DNA from: Malacoraja senta
Taxonomy: Eukaryota
Length of the DNA: 64,000 bases
Assembly (NCBI GenBank): GCA_038087875.1
Contig: CM075988.1
Location: forward strand, 5,456,001 to 5,520,000
Direction: 5' to 3'
The position numbers were made by a program, and so were the translations under genes. Of this stretch, positions 37,720 through 50,429 are shown one piece after another (the first letter of the stretch is position 1; every line of letters begins with the position of its first letter). The notes under the pieces are model-generated. The model saw only the letters and a list, made by a program, of their open reading frames with translations, did not search any database and was not told the DNA's origin.

Positions 37720-38070
37720 CCCTGCTTGAAATGGTATGAAACTGCATTTGAATGTGGTGGCCTTGCATCCTGTATGAAATGGTATGAAACTGCATTTGAA
37801 TGTGGTGTCGTTGCACCCTGCATGAAATGGTATGAAACTGCACTTGAATTTGGTGGCCTTGCACCCTGCTTGCAGTGGTTGGAAACTGCACTTGAATTCG
37901 GTGGCCTTGCACCCTGCTTGAAGTGGTAGGAAACTGAACCTGAATTTGGTGGCCTTGCACCCTGCTTGAAGTGGTATGAAACTGCACTTGAATTTTGTGG
38001 CCTTGCACCCTGCTTGAAATGGTAGGAAAATGGATTTGAATTTGGTGGCCTTGCACTCTGCTTGAAATGG
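37720..38070. repeat. 48-bp minisatellite, ~7 units
   Basis: tgaaatggtatgaaactgcacttgaatttggtggccttgcaccctgct. Confidence 0.9.
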
Positions 38071-39060
38071 AATTTCAAGCAATAGCCGTGAGTCAACTGC
38101 CAGCCCACCAGCCGTGAGTGAGCTGCCAGCACATCATGCTTGAGGGACTGAGCTGCCACCCCAAGAATCCATTTGGCCCACAATGTCCATACTAGCCCTC
38201 TGGAGACCAGTAGTCCCTGCAGCCAACAACACCCATACCAGCACTCCAGAAAGCCCCCCCCCCTCACTGGCCACCAATATTGGAATTGGTGGAGAGGTGG
38301 AATATTGCGTCGGAGGACCAGCCCTCCCTTGTGAACATGGGACCCAACGGGTCCCACTTAGTCTAGTATATATATATAAATAATTAATAAGATAAGAGGT
38401 GAACCAGAAACAGGTGACAGTGAAGATGTAGATGCTTCCTAATACGTATAAGAAAGTACTCCCAGATTTTTCTAATCTCCAGAGGTTCTAGTTGAGGCCC
38501 CTGGCTTATTGTTTTCACCGTGATGTTGGGCAGTACTCAAAGAGCTTGATGGCTCTTTTCCCATAACTGAGATTCCCATCATTGACACCATTTCTTGGTA
38601 GCGGGCCAAAATGTGAATGCGGGGAATTAGTCTTTTACTTTATTCCAATTTATGTATTTCCCTTTAGTCATTGCACAAGATTATGTCATGGAAATGCCAA
38701 AGACTCGAGGGCCTAGCTTTAAGGTGACAGGGGCGAATATTAAAGGTGATATGCAGAGCTTTTTTTACACAGAGTGTGGTGGGTGTCTGGAACATGTTGC
38801 CAGTGGTGGTGGTGGAGGTAGATACAATAGTGGCGTTAAGGAAGATAGCAGCAAAGCTGCTGCCTCACAGCGCCAGAGACCCAGGTTCAATCCTGACTAC
38901 GGTTACTGTCTGTACGGAGTTTGTATGTTCTCCCTGTGACCATGTGAGTTATCTCTGGGTTCTCCAGTCTCCTCCCACACTCCAAAGGCGTTCAGGTTTG
39001 TAGGTTAATTGGCTTCAGTAAAATGGTAAATTGTCCCTTGTGTGTAGGATAATGTTAATT

Positions 39061-39410
39061 GGACGACAGATGGCGCAATGGGCTAAGTGTTCGGCTGGCA
39101 ACCGGAAGGTAGCCGGTTCGAATCCCGCTTGGAGTCCATACTGTCGTTGTGTCCTTGGGCAAGACACTTCACCCACCTTTGCCTGCGTGTGAATGTGTGT
39201 GAATGTGTGTGAGTGATTGGTGGTGGTCGGAGGGGCCGTAGGCGCAGATTAGCAGCCACGCTTCCGTCAGTCTGCCCCAGGGCAGCTGTGGCTACAGAAG
39301 TAGCTCACCACCACCGAGTGTGACTGAGGAGTGAATGAATAATGCGATGTAAAGCGCCTTGAGTATTAGAAAGGCGCTATATAAATCCCATCCATTATTA
39401 TTATTATTAT
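39061..39410 (+). mobile_element. AFC-like tRNA/CORE SINE with L2-type tail, inserted in an HE1 SINE (38855-39490)
   Basis: Box A tggcgcaatgg, box B ggttcgaatcc, CORE gtgtccttgggcaagacactt, gccccagggcagctgtggctac, tail tgtaaagcgccttgag..(att)n. Confidence 0.75.
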
Positions 39411-39914
39411 TAATGTATGGGCTGATCGCCGGTCGGTGTGGACTCGGTGGGCCGAAGGGCCTGTTTCCGCGCTGTATTTCTAAAGTCTAAAGTCATTAAA
39501 GAGGCTTTAAAAAAGGATCATAGATATGCAGGGAATGGAGGGATATGGATCATATACAGACAACTGAGATTAGTTTAACTTGCCATCACGTACCGCATGG
39601 ACATTGGGAAGAGCAACTTGTTGCTGTGCGGCATGTTCAATGTTCTATGTTTATGTTATAATGGCACAGCTAGAATTACCCAGTCCGTCACCTTCCCACC
39701 ATTAAAGGGATCTACAAGAGGCACTGCTTCAAAAAGACCCACATCATCTCTGCCACGCTCTCATCTCACAGCTACCTTAGGGAAGAAGATATCGGAGCTT
39801 GAGAACCGTGATCTCCAGGTTCTTTGTATGTGTTAAGGTGTCTGTAAACCAACCGCAAGGAAGAATTTCACACTTCCATTGGCAGTACATATTACAAAAA
39901 AACACTCTTGTTTC

Positions 39915-40915
39915 TTGAAGATAGACACAAAAGGTAACTCAGCGGGATAGACAGCGTCTTTGCAGAAAGGGAATGAGTGACATTTTAGGTCGAGAACCTT
40001 CTTCAGACTGAGAGTCAGAAGAAAGGGAAACAAGATACAGACAGTGGCCTAGAGGGACATAGAACAAACAAATGAAAGATATGCAAAAAAGTAACGATAA
40101 CAAAGGAAACAGGCCATTGTCAGCTGGGGGCTAGGTGAAAACGAGTTACAGACAATGAGACTCAACAAGACTTTGAAGCTCGTACAACGACTTGGATGGG
40201 GGAGAGACAAGAGAGAGGGGATGCAAGAGTTACTTGGAGTTAGAGAAATCAATATTCATACCATTGGGCTGTAGGCTGCTGAAGCAAAATATGAAGAGCT
40301 GTTCCTCCAATTTGCGTTTGGCCTCACTCTGACAATGGAGGAGGCCTAGGACAGAAAGGTCAGTGTGGGATTGGGAAGGGGAGTTAAAGTGTTTTTCACC
40401 AGGAAATCACGTAGGTCCAGGCGGACGGAGCGAAGGTGGTCAGCAAAACGATTGCCCAGTCTGCGTTTGGTCTCGCCGATGTATAAGAGTCCACACCTCG
40501 AACAATGATACAGTAGATGAGGTTGAAGGAGGTAGACAAAAGTGCTGGAGAAACTCAGCGGGTACAGCAGCATCTATGGAGCGAAGGAAATAGGGTGCAA
40601 ATAGGGTGCCTAACTAGAAAGAACTGTCGGGGTCCCTGGACAGAGTCGACGGAGGAGGTATAGCGACACGTGTTGCATCTACTCCAATTGCAGAAGAAGG
40701 TAGCTGGGGAGGGTGTGGTTTGGATGGGAAGGGATGAATTAACCAGGGAGTTGCGGAGGGAATGGTCTCTGCGGAAAGTGGAAAGGGGTGGAGATGGGAT
40801 GATGTGGCAAGTAGTGGGATCCTGTTGGAGATGGCGAATATGTTGGAGAATAATGTGTTGTATACAACGCCTGAGGTGTAAATGGAGCCGGTGGAAAGGA
40901 GGTTGAGAACATTTC
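39915..40915 (-). mobile_element. Penelope-like element 3' fragment with GIY-YIG endonuclease remnant
   Basis: CSRCGLLYIGETKRRLGNRFADHLRSV; downstream terminal repeat with degenerate hammerhead core (~39980-40008). Confidence 0.85.
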
Positions 40916-41499
40916 TATTTTCCTTATCTTCACCCAAAGTAGATCCACTAATCTCATATTTCTGCATGTTATGCTCCACCTGTCAATTCCCCTTCTGCAG
41001 ACTCTTTGCAGTTTGCTTTCCCACCTACGTATATATTATTAGAAAATCTGGTGACAAATTACTCAGCCCCTTCATCTGAGGTATTGATATGTATTATAGA
41101 TGTGTAGGAAGGATGCTGGTTTATACTGAAGATAAACACAAAAAGCTGGAGTAACTCAGCGGGTCAGGCAGCATCTCTGGAGAGAAGGAACAGGTGGTAT
41201 TTTGGGTTGAGTCCCTTCTTCATATGTTCTCTGTGGCAGCCCACTGCTTACAACTTGTCTATCCGTCAAATGACCCATTCTGCTAACTTTGTTTTCTGAC
41301 TGTTACTAAATTCTCTTTCTATGCTAACGTATTCCCTTAATGCCATGAGCATAGTAATTTTATTTTTTTAATTTAAGGCTGAAGAAGGATTCTGACCCAA
41401 ATCGTCATCTATCCATTTTCTCCAGAGATGTCATCCTGATCTGGTGAGTTGCTCCAGCTCATTATGTTTTTTTTTTGTAAACTAGGATCTGCAGGTTAG

Positions 41500-44400
41500 G
41501 TTTAGGTTTAGAGGTACAGCACGACAACAGGCCCTTCGGCCAACCTTAGTCCACGCTGACCATCGATCACCCGCACACTAGTTCTGTATTATCCCACCTT
41601 CAGAATAAAGGCAATTTACAGAAGCTAATTAACTTGCAGTATAAATCCTACACAGACAGCACCCATAGTCAGGATCGAACTCGGGTTTCTGGCGCTGTGA
41701 GGCAGCTGCTCTACCTACTGCACCATTGTGCCACCCCAATTGTAATTTTATATGTTGGATTTTATCAAACTTCTTCTGGAAACTCTAAATGCATGACATC
41801 TTCTGATGCTCTTCGTTAACACCTCATTACACCCTCAATGGCTTTTCAATTTCCCTTCCATTAAATGCATGTTCACTTTGCTTATGTACATTTTGTTATT
41901 TCAAAGGCCCTGTGCCAATATATCACAGCATTCCCCTCAGGATGGATGCCAGCCTTGGGGACCGATTCCTGCTTCCTGATCAACCTTTAGAACCCTCAAG
42001 CCACATGGGGTGGCATGGTGGACATCAAACAGTACAGCGCAGTTACAAACCCTTCACCCACATGGGGTGGCATGGTGGCGCAGCGGTAGAGTTACTGCCT
42101 TACAGCGTCAGAGACCCGGGTTCGATCCTGACTACGGGTGCTGCCTGTACAGAGTTTTACGTCTCTCCATGGCCGCGTGGGTTTTCTCCGAGGTTGGCTT
42201 GGTATGAATGTAAAATTGTCTCTAGTGTGTGTAGGACAGTGTTAATGTGCGGAGATCGCTGGTCGGCATGAAATAGTTGGGCCGAATGGCCTGTTTCCGT
42301 GCTGTATCTCTAAACTAAAGAAAATACAATTAAACATCCTTGACTCTAGACTCAGTCTTGACTCATATAGAATTACGTGCTATCTATCCACTGAAGCTAT
42401 TAAAGTCTTGTAATACCATGAATATGTTCTCCAATTGTGTTTTGTATTGATGTCTTGTTTCTGCAACATCTTTTTCTCTTCATTGTCTTGTAGAATACAT
42501 CTGTAGTTTCTGTATAATATATGTATTTGTATGTAGTCATGAGCTATGGGCCTATGATGCTGCGGCAGGCAAGATTTTCATTTTATTTAAGACATCCCTT
42601 CTTGTGCTTTAGACCAGACTTTAAGGTCCTTAGAGATACTGCGTGGAAACAGGCCCTGTGGCTCACCAAGTCCGCACCAACCAGCGATTACCAGCCCCCC
42701 TGCACACTAGCACTAACCTACACACTGGGGACAATTTACAAATTTCACCAAAGCCAATCAACCTACAAACCTGTATGTCTTTGGGGTTTGGGAGAAAACC
42801 CATGCAGTCACGGGGAGAACATATCAACTCTGTACAGACAGCACCCGTAGTCAGGTTCGATCCTGGGTCTCTGGCGCTGTAAGGCAGCAACTCTACCGCT
42901 GCGTCACCGTGCCACCCCAAATATACACACGATAATAAACTCAGCTTGATTTGATTTGAATTCGATAGACATCTTGGCATAAAAGGCACCTAGAAGTATG
43001 GGGAAAGAGTAGGAATATGGGTTGAGGTCAAGAATTAGCCTTTATCAAATTAAAGGGCAGGACATGACCAACCAGCTGATTGACCAACTTCTACTCTCAT
43101 CCATGTTTCTATGTTTAGGAAGGAACTGCAGATGCTGGTTTGCATTGAAGAAGGGTCTTGACTCGAAACGCCACCAATATCTTCGATCCAGAGGTGCTGC
43201 CTGTCCTGAGAGTTACTGCAGCATTTTGCGTTTTAGTTTATTTTAGGTTTTAGTTTTGGAGATAGGGTGCAGAAACAGGCCATTTGGCCCACCGAGTCTG
43301 CACTGACCAGCGATCCCCACATATTAACACTATCTACACTTCTACCAAGTATACAGACCCAAGCCACATAACCTACAAACCTGTACATCTTTGGAGTGTG
43401 GGAGGAAACCGAAGATCTCGGAGAAAACCCATTCAGGTCACGGGGAGAACGTACAAACTCTGTACAGACAGCACCCGTTGTCGGGATGGAATCCGGGTCT
43501 CTGGCGCTGTAAGCGCTGTAAGGCAACAACTTGACCGCTGCGCCACCGTGTCTATCGTGTTCCTATGTTGCTCCGTTAGAGAATGTCATCTGGGGCTAAT
43601 GTTGAGCCAGCTTCTTTGCAAAACTTTAGGAGTTTAAACTGAGAAATTATGCACTCCAGTAACTTGTAAAACCTTCCATGAACTAGAGGAAAGATTTATA
43701 AGGTGGGAAGAAAAGTCTGTCAAGCTTCATGAGATGGGTTACAGTAAGGGCTTTAAAATTACATGTTCAGGGTTTATTGTCAACCAGAGTTTTACTGCCA
43801 GTATTTGTCACTTTTATATTCAATCATTTTTAGTCGTAAATGTTATTAAGCAGTCGCATCAGTACTTTAATGAGAGCTGCTCAATGTCACTTCTCAGCAT
43901 ATCATTTGTGACCCATCTCAGTCACATACACACTCTATATAATGTGAAACACATGGACATTCAGAAAATAATCCGCCTCCCCATTCTACACACTGACTCC
44001 TGATCCATCAAAATACAACGTCTGAGCACAATGTACATGTGTAAAAGCTAGATTCATTAAATATATTCTCTAGAGCCACCAGCTCAGACATCCTCCTCAT
44101 AATAACCTTTGCCTCAGCCAAAGGGACATTATAACTCCTACATCTCAGTGTGGCTCAGCGGTAGAGAGCTGCTGCCTTACAGCGCCAGAGACCCGGGTTT
44201 GATCCTGACTGCGGGTGCCTGTCTGTACGGAATTTGTACGTTCTTCCCGTGACCCGCGTGGGTTCTCTCCAAGATCTTTGGTTTCTTCCCACACTCCAAA
44301 GACGTACAGATTTGTAGGTTAATTGGCTTGGTGCAAATATAAAACTGTCCATCGTGTGTGTAGGATGGTGTTAGTGTGCGGGGATCGCTGGTCGGTGTGG

Positions 44401-44790
44401 ACTCGGTGGGCCGAAGGGCCCATTTCAGAGCTGTATCTCTAAACTAAACTCAATCTCACTTGGTGAAATGGTGCGGGCAGCACAGAGGCGCAGCTGGTAG
44501 AGCTCCTGCCAAACAGCTCTAGTGATCCGGGTTCAATCCTGTCCTTCATCTGTGTGCAGTCTACACATTCTCCGTGTATCTCTGTGGGTTTCCTCTGGAC
44601 ATTCCAGTTTCCACCCACATCCCAATGTTGGAGGATTAATTGGCCACTGTAAATTCCCCTCAGTACGTTGTTCACTGGTAAAATCTGGGGAGACTTGATG
44701 GGAATGTCGAGAGGAAAAAATGGGTTAGGGTAAAGTTAGTATAATGTTAGGTGGCATTGGTGGTCCTCCTCAGTGCTGAGAAGTCTATTT
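41500..44790. mobile_element. Six HE1-type SINEs (41500-41740 -, 42065-42320 +, 42630-42920 -, 43235-43550 -, 44148-44450 +, 44475-44790 + older)
   Basis: Family V-domain and tails. Confidence 0.8.
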
Positions 44791-44806
44791 CCATGCTCTA
44801 TCTGTA

Positions 44807-44860
<54 letters not shown>

Positions 44861-45025
44861 CTCTCTCTCCCTCTCCCTCCCTCTCCGTCTCCTTTGCCTG
44901 CTCCCTCCTCCACTCCTATTCCATCTCCATCTCCTGCTCATTCTCCTTCTCCCTCTCCCTCCCCCATTGCTGTTGACTCTCTCTCTCCCTCTCTCCCTGT
45001 TCCTTTCCCTCACCCTAACCCTCTC
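44790..45025. repeat. (CT)n / polypyrimidine microsatellite
   Basis: Direct inspection. Confidence 0.95.
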
Positions 45026-46494
45026 TAGTGAGGAAGGGAGAGTGGAAGATGAGAAATGTCAGGGATTGAGTGTGAAGCAGAAGTGAAGCAGGGATGGAGG
45101 GAGGGGGGAGGGAGGGGGGAGGGAGAGCTTTTTGGAACATATTGCTTATATTGACAAGGAAAGTGCAAGTTAGAATGGGAGGGGAAATAACATCACAAGA
45201 GAGCAATGTTCCATGGATGAAGTGGTTCGCATACAATGGTTTGGCAAGGAATTAAAATGGCAAGGAGAGAACATAAAGATGTCCACTGTGTTTATGCTCT
45301 GTTCCTTTCCTCAGTGTTCAATCCTATGTGCGGAGAAGCCACCTGAAAATAACGGGCTTCTTATATAATATCTCAGTGGTTTGGGTCTTAAAACAAACCA
45401 ACAGGAGCCTCAGGAACACCACCATAGGTTGCATAGGGACTGCATGGGGGAATTCCATTCCCACATTCAATGTGACTCAAGTCACTTGTGGTAGCACAGC
45501 AGTAGAACTACTGCCTTACAGCGCCGGCGGCCTGGGTTCTATCCTGACTGTGGGTGCTGTCTGTACAGAGTTCGTACGTTCTCCCCGCCTCAAACCTGCT
45601 TGGGTTTGTCTCCGAGATCTTCAGTTTCCTCCCACACTCCAAAGACGTACAGGTTTATAGGTTAATTGGCTTGGTGTCAATGTAAATTGCCCCTGATAGT
45701 GTTAGTATCGCTGTCAGGTGCGGACTCAGTGGGCCAAAGGGCCTGTTTCCACGCTGCATCTCTCAATTAAAAGTGGTCATTGAGAAGCCATACTCAGTGT
45801 GGCTGGGGCACATACCTACTTTCCATAAGTTCCAGGAGCAGAATGGCTGATCTATCTTTCCTTCTCAACCCCATTCTCCTGCCTTCGCACCATAACCCCT
45901 GACACCCTTAGTAATCAAGAATCTGTCAATCTCTGCCTTAAAAAAAAATCTCCATTGACTTGGCCTCCACAGCCCATCTTCTTTCTGAAGGTTGGTCCTT
46001 TAATTCTGAGGTAATGGCCTCTGGTCCTAGACTCTCCCACATCCACTCTATCCGGGCCATTCACTATTTCGAAGACGTGCCGCTTTGTCGGTTAATTGGC
46101 TCCTGCAAATGATCCCCAATGTTTAGGAAGGTGCTAGTGTATGGGTGATCATTGGTCAGCGTGGACTCGGTGGGCCGAAAGGGCCTGTTTCCATGCTGTA
46201 TCTTTAAACTAAACTAAACATAACTCACTGTTGGAGAAATAGGATGCACAGTGGGGCTTGAGAGAGACATATTTTGAATCCAGCTGATAGAATAGGTTGC
46301 TAGCAACTGACTGATAATAGATGGACATGATGAATTGAGGTGGCATGGTCAATTGCCAGATTTGGTTTTCACCCACTTCATGGTGCATCAATGGTCTGAG
46401 CGATGGAGGAGATAAAACTCCCTCAGCAGCTGAACTGGGCAAGTAACTTGCCAAACGAATGGGAACAATGGAAGGAGGAATTTTCCTCTCCATA

Positions 46495-47485
46495 TAATAA
46501 TAATAATAATACATTTTATTTATGGGCGCCTTTCAAATCTCAAGGACACCTTACAAGATTTAACAAGATTTTACAGTAGAAACATGTAAGCGGAATGAAA
46601 TAAATAGTAAAGACATCACCAGTACACAAATTAAAAACAGAATTCAATCCGAACACAAAAATCAAAAACACAGTATGGAAGAGAGAGCAGCGGCTGGTAA
46701 TACGCGCCAGCGTCCACTCCCCCTTCCGGCAGCCATCTTGGACACAAAGTAAAACAATCAATTAACATTTACACACACACAGAAATCATCCCCCACAATG
46801 ATTACCACTGTGGGGGAAGGCACAATGTCCAGTCCCCAACCCCAGTTCTCCCAAAGACGGCATATTGAGGCCTCCACAGTTGCCTCTACGGAGGCCCGAT
46901 GTTCCTGGCCGTTCTCGCCGGGTGCAGTTGCCCCGGCGTCGGGAGAGTCCTCGCAGCGGCTGGGACGGCTGGAACGGCCGATTCCCTACCGGAGTCCGTG
47001 GCTTCTGAAGCCGACAAGGCCGCGCCGGTATGGAGCTCCGAGGCTCCCGATGTTAGAGTCGGCGCCGCCGCCCGCGGCTGGCCGTTCCGCAGTCCCGCAG
47101 CCCGGAGGTGTTGAACTTGGCGGTCACAGCTCACCGGAGCTCCAGCGCGTCGATCCAGCGCGGCGACCCAGGCAAGGCATCGCTCGCTCCGCTCCACGAT
47201 AGCGCTCCAGCGCTGTGCCGCCACCAAAGCTGAAGGTGCGAGGCGGTCCCCGCCAGGAAACGCCGTTCCAGGCCCGCTGGTAGGCCGCAAGGACGGGTCG
47301 ACGGGGCAGCCCGGAGAAAAAGCCGCCTCACCGACCAGGTAGGGACCTAGAAAATAGTTTCCCCCTTACCCCCCCACAAGAAAAGTCAAATTCCCCAGGA
47401 AAGATAGACACAGTTAACTGAAAACTAAAGAAAAAAGTGAAATTAACGGACGGCTGCTGGTTAGCAGCCATTCCCCAAGATGGCT
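46495..47485 (-). mobile_element. CpG-rich non-autonomous retroposon with L2-type tail
   Basis: Tail tgtaaggtgtccttgagatttgaaaggcgcccataaataaa(tat)n; head similar to 22440-22475 and 56900-56940. Confidence 0.65.
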
Positions 47486-48344
47486 CCTCCTCCTCTCATA
47501 TTTCCATATGAAGTTGGCAATGGCTAATAAAGAAAACAACAATAAATGTGCTGTTTTATTTGGTTGATAACCAAGTGAGAGATCTATCCAAACCATTTGG
47601 TCAGCCGATGAGATGATGGAATAGGTTCTCAAAGTTCTTCTGCAACTCCGCTCGCAGTGAGCCAGTGGAAAGTTTCTTGGATAAGAGGTGAACGGGGAGA
47701 TATTGACACATCCTTGACTGAGCTGAAGCTTTCGTCTGGGAGGTTTATTGGTCTGCACCAAGACCGAGTACGTTAATCATAGTGCTGAGGTAGACTGGAA
47801 CAGATGTAGTCATGGCAAGGTGTGTCAAATCCTATACGGCTCCAGACTAGCCCAAAATAAGAATTGATGCGTTGGATAGACCATAGAAGAATACAGCACA
47901 GGAATAGGATCTTCCGCTCATAATGTCCAGTTAAACCAATCTCCTCCTCCTGCATGGGATCCATATCCCTTCATTCTCTTACAATCCATGTGCTTGTCTA
48001 AAGCCTCTTAAATGCCACAATTCCCTGCATAACCATGTGCCTATCCAAAAAATCTCTTAAATGCCACTATTGTATCTGCCTCCACCACCACCCCTGGCAG
48101 CATTTTCCAGATACTCATTGCTCCCCATGCAAAAGACCTGCCCCACACATCTCCTTTAAACTTTGCCCCTCTCGCCTAAAAGCTAAGCCCTCCAGTCTTT
48201 GGCATTTCCACCCTGGGAGAAAGGTTCTGACTGTCTAGATTCATAGAGACACAGAATCATACAGATATGTATGACACATCTGGATAGTGGATGATAATAC
48301 TAGTCCATGTAGTCAAACAAAGGCCGGATGAAAGAGCAGGGGAA

Positions 48345-48722
48345 ATGTGCAGGAAGGAACTGCAGATGCTGGTTTAAACCGAATATAGATACAAAAAGCT
48401 GGAGTAACTCAGCAGGACAGGCAGCATCTCTGGAGAGAAGGAATGGGTGACGTTTCGGGTCGAGACCCTTCTTCAGACTGGTTAGAGATAAGGGAAACGA
48501 GAGATATAGACGATGATGTCGAGAGATAAAGAACAATGAATGAAAGATCTTCAAAAAAGTAATGATGATAAAGGAAGCAGGCCACTGTTAGCTGTTTGTT
48601 AGGTGAAAACGAGAAGCTGGTGCGACCTGGGTGGGGGAGGGATAGAGAGAGAGGGAATGGCGGGGCTACCTGAAGTTAGAGAAATCAATATTCATACGAC
48701 TGGGCTGTAAGCTGCCCAAGCA
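48345..48722 (-). mobile_element. Penelope-derived terminal repeat
   Basis: Homologous to 39915-40290. Confidence 0.8.
48446..48479 (-). ncRNA. Minimal hammerhead ribozyme motif, best-preserved copy
   Basis: Reverse complement agtCTGAAGAa-gggt-ctcg-accc-GAAA-cg-TC-acc. Confidence 0.7.
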
Positions 48723-49005
48723 GGGGTTGTGTAATGTCAGCAAATTGCAATTAGCAACATGAATGGCAGAGGAGAAATGTCCCGGGACATCCATTCAAAT
48801 GTCTGCTGATCCTTCCCCTCAACCGGTGTAAGAAGTATCACCTATCCCTTTTCTCCTGAGATGCTGCCTGACCCACTGAGTTACTCCAGCAATTGGATCA
48901 ACTTTCAAACTCTTGTCCTCACGTGTTGGGTGTTTTCCTTCCTTCATCAGAAAGGTTTAGTCCCAGGGAAGATTCATAAACCCGTGGTGTTACTTCATAT
49001 GAGAT

Positions 49006-49251
49006 TCAGCAAATCAATGGAGCGGCGATGATCACCCACATCGGGAAGACACAGAGATGGTGCAGGGTAGCGGAGATGAGAGGGGGAGACAGCAAGGAAG
49101 AGCATCTCCCAATGCCCATGACACCGTGAGTTCCCTCGACCAGTCTCAGAGCGCTCAGCTTGGCACAAGTGCCAGGCACATTCATGGTCATCTGGATTGT
49201 AAATAGTGAGGCTCCAGTCAAGTTGCAGGCTTCACCGTCACACCCATTGTC
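49006..49251 (-). CDS. Possible terminal exon with hydrophobic C-terminus (unidentified)
   Basis: Apparently non-repetitive; ttttgattgtcAG acceptor, single open frame DNGCDGEAC...VFPMWVIIAAPLIC*; no partner exons seen. Confidence 0.2.
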   Translation of the reverse strand, partial: DNGCDGEACNLTGASLFTIQMTMNVPGTCAKLSALRLVEGTHGVMGIGRCSSLLSPPLISATLHHLCVFPMWVIIAAPLIC

Positions 49252-49747
49252 TGACAATCAAAACCAACCCACCCAAAAAAAGAGATTTAACTGAATGACG
49301 AATCACTCCAGCTTTTCCATTGGGAACCCCGTTGGTTTTGAGCTAAAGGGCCCACGCTGCATGCAGGGATGTCCCGGAGGTTTCTGCTCCAGGGCTCTCC
49401 TGAGAAGCCGAGTTGGGCTGAGAGTGATGGTCTCTGGCCTTGCCTGGCAGAAGCTAAGATCCTGTCTCAGCACGACCTACCCATCACCATCTTTGTGATT
49501 CGCGAACACTACAACCTCACCTTTACAGGGTTTCAACCAGTTCTGAATGGCCAAATGCGAGCCAACTGGACTCTGATTAGGGTTCGTTCTTGACAACAAG
49601 ATTTACAAGACTTTTGAGGTCAGTTTGCTATATCACGTTAGGAGTGTTGACAGGGGTAAAGGTCCTTGGAACTATGCCGTCATGGGAACCCCTGTAGAAC
49701 AGAGCGGAAAGGAGACGGCATCAAATCCAGTGATATCTCCATTCGTA

Positions 49748-49837
49748 CTCTCTCTGTCTGTCTGTCTGTCTGTCTCTCTGTCTGTCTGCCTCTCTCTCTC
49801 TCCCTCTCTCTGTCTCTCTGTTTGTTTCCCTCTCTCA

Positions 49838-49868
<31 letters not shown>

Positions 49869-50072
49869 TCTCTCTGCGTCCCTCTCTGTCTACCTCTCTC
49901 TATCTATCTGTCTCTGTGTCCCCCTCTCTTTTTCTCTTATCTCACTCTCTCTCTCCCTCACTCTCTCTGTCTGTCTTTCCCTCCATCTCTGTTCTGTCTG
50001 TCTGTCTTTCTCTTTCTCTGCCAGTCTCTCAATCTCTCTGCCTCTCTGTCTCTCTGTCCCTCTCCCTCTCTG
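49748..50072. repeat. (CT)n/(CTGT)n microsatellite
   Basis: Direct inspection. Confidence 0.95.
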
Positions 50073-50429
50073 TGTAATTTTTTTCACTATCTATTTGCTG
50101 TCAAATTGCGCTTGGCTAATGCTGTGAAACCGTGTCGGGTTGGTGAGACTGGGTATACGTTTCTGTGTGCGACCCATATTGGACAACCGCCAACCAAGGT
50201 TCAAGTCTCTCGTTCCCTGAAAGTGGCATCACAACTGGATAGGGAGGTGAAGAAGGCATGTTAGGTCAGGGAAAAGAATATAAGAGCTGGAATGTTATGT
50301 TGCATCTATACAAAACCTTGATTAGGCTGTACTTAGGGTGTTCTGTGCAGTTTGGTCACCATACCACCATTTTGTATCTTCTCCAGTGGTCATAGCTGGT
50401 CAACATTCATTGTCTATGTTTATTTCACA

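Larger units (their letters stand above)
35864..38366 (+). mobile_element. Composite non-autonomous Helitron
   Basis: A|TC 5' start; 3' hairpin gggacccaacgggtccc then CTAG|T at 38363-38367; duplicated 5' module. Confidence 0.8.

Noticed and set aside
44751..45086. Leu/Ser-rich or Arg/Glu-rich ORFs (also 49625-50127)
   Set aside because: Translations of (CT)n microsatellites
46798..47331. CpG island with GC-rich ORFs
   Set aside because: Lies within a retroposon with a polyA-like tail and relatives elsewhere in the window
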